A DNA stretch of 63,490 nucleotides, the filler included. It is 9 parts of 9 records of this genome, joined end to end, with 100 filler letters (N's around TTAATTAATTAA, not from the genome) between each part and the next. Parts side by side here need not be neighbours in the genome. Positions count along the whole stretch, not along the records: positions 58,391 to 63,490 come from DRR378314_1027; 8 more parts are not named here. One strand, given 5' to 3'. Positions 58,695 to 63,490 of the stretch are shown here, piece by piece. A model generated the notes under the pieces. That model was not told the DNA's origin. It saw only the letters and a list, made by a program, of their open reading frames with translations, and searched no databases. Position 1 is the first letter of the stretch. The number at the start of each line of letters is the position of its first letter. Made by a program: the position numbers and the translations under genes.

Positions 58695-61600
58695 CGGCCC
58701 ACACCCATTCCCGTACTGTTTCCCCCATATCGAACGCAGGCTCCTCTGAGATCAGCGACGTATTCTCGACACGGCTAGAGACCTACAGATTACAGATGTG
58801 GGTGCACGATTGCATGGCACAACTGGGAGTCGTCGGCACCTGGTAGCACAATGGTCATGTACGCGCGTTGCGGCCACCGGGGGTTGGGGGGGAGCCAAGG
58901 GCAACGGACGCTGCACGTACCATTTTCCAGGCCAGCGGAAAATATGCCTGCTCTCCAGCAGAGCACCGGGTCCGTAGAAAATCGCGCAGCTGGATTTTTG
59001 GAATACCTACAAATGTCACATCGCATGTTCAACAATACCAACACCACATATGAATACCGGAAACGGAGAGGGCGAAGAGAAGTGTCACCAATCTATTCGC
59101 TCGACGCCAAACAAACGCACCTCGTCCTTGGTAGTCCGAATCTGCTGGCACAACATGAGTGCTTAGCCTCTCCTGGACCTGCCTGAACAAGCTGGTCCCA
59201 GCGCCAACCAAATATACGCCATCCGACGATACACGAAAATGACCCAAAGCGCAAGCGTTCGGTAAGGGCGACCGCCAAAAGAGCGTGGGCGTACATACAG
59301 AGATAGAAGAACGGCATGCAGCCCAAGACATCGAAGCCAAGGCCGTCAACGCAGCACACGTCGACCACAACCTCCTCCGCCTATCGCCAGCTGTTGCCAG
59401 CATTGCGAGGAAAACTAAAGTATTTGCGCTAGAGACAACCGCATGGTTTTTTCCTGTACGCACACAGGTGCGTACCGATCAGCAAGCTTTGACGCGCGGT
59501 CGTGCTTCTGCGCCACGCGAAAACGCCGCAATACCACCAGCAGAGCAAGAGCGGCGCCAGCCAAGAAAAGTAGGTTTTTCCACACGAAACGAACAAGTCG
59601 GCATTGCAGCGGAAGAATCGTATCCTCTGAGCTCCATTCCTAATTGAAACCACGCGCCAGTTAGTCGATATGACAGAAGCACGCAGTGGCGACGCAAACG
59701 GCAGTAAAGGATGAGTACGCAAGCAGATAAAGCACCCCGCATGTCAGTCTCGCGTTAGCAGCTGCCGAGGAAGCTCCACGTTTCAAAATTTGGGCGATAC
59801 AAGGCGCTCTTTGCCGGGAAGAAACGAGAGAACGGAGCACGTCCGTTTCCGCTGCTTCTTTCATCTCCACATAACAGCTTCCCCTGGAAGCTTTTGATCG
59901 CTGTAGATAGAGCTCTCCACGAAAAAAAGAAACCTACACGGCCAGGCCGTAGCGCACAAACGAAAAAAGAAAAGACGAAGAAGAAGAACACTGTTCGCTG
60001 GCGCAGTCACACCACAGCACAAGACGAAGAACAAACCCATGTCCCAACGCACCTTGCCGTTTGTCAATATATCGACAGGAATTGCATGCGCAGCGAGCAT
60101 CTGGTGAATTGCGTGCACAAAAAAGGGCGCACGAACAGGATCAGTCGAACAGGCGCGGGAGGAGGGGGTTACCGCGCGAGCATCTCAGGCAAACGTGCGG
60201 GTGCTTGGCGCCTGGCGCACCGCAGCCTCCCTCGTGTGCTACGATGGACATCCCCATGGCACCGATACAGACCCCCAAGGACCACGCACAGTTAGCAGTT
60301 CCCGCGTCCGTGCGCGGTAAGGAGTGGGATTGCGCGCACTACCGCATATCTGGCCGTAATACAAGCAATGCTGAGCATGCCCTGCCGAGAGTATGCACAA
60401 GCGAATTATGAGCGAACAAACAAACAGACAAACTAACAAAATAGCGACCCCTCCGCGTTCAGACGAAATCGCAAGTAGCCACTCCCCAACGTTCTCCGAC
60501 AGCTCCTCCATCCGGCCCCTCGATGAGCGAGATCAAACTGCATGCGAACGCTTCCGCTTCGTTCCAATGTCATACCTGCGCTGCCTTTTGTTTCACAATA
60601 TCTGCATCTTCATCCTGCACGCCGATATACCTCAGAGACGTGGATAAAACGGCACGCCTCGACAAGCTGGGCGAGGATTCGTAGCCGCACTCGAACAGTC
60701 CGCGCTGCGCGGACGCCGTGTCAGCCGAGAACGTAAGAGTGAAAACAAAATTGGGAGAATAAGCGGTTGCCACAGACAGAAAGGTCCGACAAGCGGGGCG
60801 CAAGGAAGGCAGCAGCACCGCATGCAAAAAGATGCAGACGGGAACAGAGACACGCAGACCCACCACCACCATCCGTTCACAGGCGTATCCTCTGGCATTC
60901 GTGGTAGCGCAGACTCACGCTTGCTATCAGTGCAGCATCGGCACGGGGAGAATATCAGCCAGCGGTTGTGCCAGCACCATGTTCGCGTACCTGCTCCTGC
61001 AAGCGAAGCGCTGCGTGCTCAAGAACTTGCACTGCAAGGCGCGCAATCCGCTCGTCTTCAGCACAGGCCGAACCAGCGACGACGACGTAGCCTCGCTCGC
61101 ACGCCAGGCTTCCATCGGTACACACACCGTGTGCAGGGCATGCCGAGCAAGACCCATTGCTGTAACGCGGAAACCGAGGACCGCACTGCACATGAGACTC
61201 GCCAAAACCAAGCAGTGTGAGAGGCCCAGCGCTCCACCGCCGAGCGCTCCTCGTGGCGGTGCACGAGCAACACCGGCGCAACCGGTCGCTCGCAAACCAA
61301 CTCCTCCCTGCCGTGCCGTTCGTCGAGCGCAGCAGCAGCAGCAGCAGCAGCAGACGCGAGGGATACACACTATGCATTAACCTTTTTCATTATGCAAACA
61401 AAATCCAGGCACCGCCCAGCCAAGGGCAAAAGAGGTGCAGCGCGCAAAAGGTCAAAGGGTGGGCGAAAAGCAGCGCGTTGCAGAGATACGCAGCAGACTG
61501 GTGCACAATCCTGCCTCACAGCCACAAAGCTGCAGCGCGCTACGCACGTCAGGCATGCGCGCCATTGTGTTCATATACACACAAAAAAATTCACTACCCA

Positions 61601-62571
61601 CAGCACGGCAACGATATTTTCGAAACGTACTATTCATAGAATCCTTGGGAGCAAAACAGCTTCCCGCCAGCGCAGACGCCGTTCGCCGGGCATGGCCGGC
61701 AACCTTCGCGTGTTGGACTACCCGAGTCGCAGTACGGCAACGTTCCGGGAAGGCCCATGAGGACCACAGCCGCTACCAGAGCGAACGCTACCGCTTTTAC
61801 CATGGATAATGAGGACCCAGTCGTAGCGACAGGAATTGGGCGAGTCGCGCCAACGTTGTGCGTTACTTGCACAGGAGACGGCTGACTGCGGTGTACATCT
61901 GCGCTTGCTGGCGGTACGAACGCGGGATCCGAACGCTCGCCCTGCGCCCGCGATCCAACTCGCGCGAGCTCAGGAGAAATGAAAGCTCCGGAACGACCAT
62001 CGCTCCGAACACTTCGACCAGAACCTGTCAGATAAAAGAGCCGTCACCAAAAGGATGTCAAAAACAGATGACGCGCATGATGAGGCAAAGCACAGAGGAT
62101 ACGCCGCACGCGCAATCGAGCAATCCCGCGCGCTGAAAACATACCTGGAGGACTACGAGACACGGCAGGTGCGTGCGAAGTTGACGCAGGCGTTGGTGGT
62201 GCAGAATTGCCAGGCGTTCCTTTCGTTGGTCGCCGTCTCTGGGCTGGAGGTGGTGACATTGATGCACTTCTGCGCGCGCTCTGGAATTCGCTCGGCGCGC
62301 CGTCCGGACTTGGAGGTGAAAATGCCGGTGTTTCCTCGCGCTCGCTTCGAGCACGCCGACGAGGCGCCGGAGACTTCGACGTGCGCCTTTTCGACGAAGA
62401 CGACGACATCCGCGACACGGGGGAAGCAGGGGGTTTACTCAGCTCATCGCGAAGCATATCGACGTATACCTGTTTTCGTGCCCGCTTTGCCGGTAGCTCG
62501 ACATTGAGCTCCGTCAAGCGGCGCATGAGCTCGACAACAGTGAGCTTGGAATAGTCTTCTTGCTCATCCAT
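58695..62571 (-). CDS. HeH/LEM plus Man1-Src1 (MSC) inner nuclear membrane protein, multi-exon
   Basis: N-terminal HeH (YSKLTVVELMRRLTELNVELPAKRARKQVYVDML), a Ser/Pro/Arg linker, TM1, luminal CxxCPxxGxC motifs, FECG, LPLQCRL plus TM2, and a winged helix (IPKIQLRDFL..GETVREWVW). The last exon was not resolved. Confidence 0.82.
61329..61353 (+). repeat. (CAG)8 microsatellite, probably intronic
   Basis: GCAGCAGCAGCAGCAGCAGCAGCAG. Confidence 0.9.
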
Positions 62572-63490
62572 GTTGAAACTTTGTACTGGCACGAAAGCGC
62601 GCGCACTGTCGGTCGGTCGATGAGCTGCAATGGGAAGTTTCCGGCGCCAAAGGAAGCCCGCGAGCAGGATGAGTCTATCCCTATTGTGGAAACTAGAGCA
62701 GCAAACAGAATCGCTCTATTCCGGGGGGGGTGGTAATCTGTCGGTGCATGCAGTGCAAATACGCGTCAGTGCGCCTGTCGCACGAGCAAAAGCTGACAAG
62801 CGAGCGCACGCGCTGCACGCTGCGTGCCAGGCCGCGTAATAGTGCAAACTTTCACGTCCTGTAGTCTTTCACTCCGCTTCCCGCGCAAAAAAAGGGAAAT
62901 TTCCTTTCACGATTGGAATGAACAATGCCAATCATTACAATAAATGTGGAGTAGGAAGGCATTTTCTTCCGCTAAAAACCCAGGGTGGAGCCAGCGACAG
63001 TCGGCAACGCAAACGCATGCGCGTCAGGCTGAACGTCCTTCTGTGAAGCCACCGAAATAGCGGAGCGTCCCGTGAAAGCGCGAGAGACTTTCGCTTGTTC
63101 GGTGCGAACGGCATGCACGCAGCGCGCTGCAAAACCCAGCCACCAAAACAGACACTAGCGCTTCACAAGAGTCTTTCAATCAGGCTTCACAGATACTGCC
63201 ACACATTCCAGTATGGCCTCGCTCACGGCAAGCGGCAGTCCGGCGCGCATACCTTGTGGGACTGCGCGCCCCAATACACCGGAGTTGCGCAGCGCACGAA
63301 CCAACGTGCTCCGGCAAAGCTGGCTGGTCGCCCTATCAATAGAGGCTGCTAGAGAAGAGACAGACACCCAGTGTCGATTTTTTTTCCCGCCATTCGGTGA
63401 TACCTAGGGTTTTACAGTGCACATTCTATCTGACACATGTTCCGCTCATCTACGCCAAATAGGGCTACGATTTACACACAGATGCTCCTT

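Overview
This window is not one continuous locus. It is nine contigs joined by an artificial 100-nt linker (N44-TTAATTAATTAA-N44). Six contigs (1-9341, 9442-21524, 21625-28419, 28520-33743, 46449-52819, 58391-63490) come from an intron-rich, probably flagellated microbial eukaryote with GT(G/A)CG-type donors and YAG acceptors. They carry Twinkle primase-helicase, EMC4, SUMO, a Sec14+PH protein, cyclophilin, PDI, ALG12, p23, an SLC12 3' end, IFT38/CLUAP1, an SLC52-like transporter and a HeH/LEM-MSC nuclear-envelope protein. Three contigs are bacterial and differ in composition. The first is Halomonas-like (kefC-like, trpR-trpE-trpG with a TrpR operator, rluF, DUF924). The second is AT-rich and Pseudoalteromonas-like (DUF294, DEDDh exonuclease, BCCT, asnB, pxpBC). 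The third is Roseobacter-group (corrinoid protein, DUF1638, sufE, rnd, purN, purM, tRNA-CAU). The most interesting signal is an apparent in-frame splice that fuses the Hsp90 co-chaperone p23 to the ER mannosyltransferase ALG12, with intron retention giving free p23. Next are a TrpR-autoregulated trpREG operon with an altered feedback motif, a DUF294/exonuclease pair facing a BCCT transporter, and a stand-alone Sec14-PH protein. All family and taxon calls come from reading motifs by eye, and exon boundaries were set by hand.
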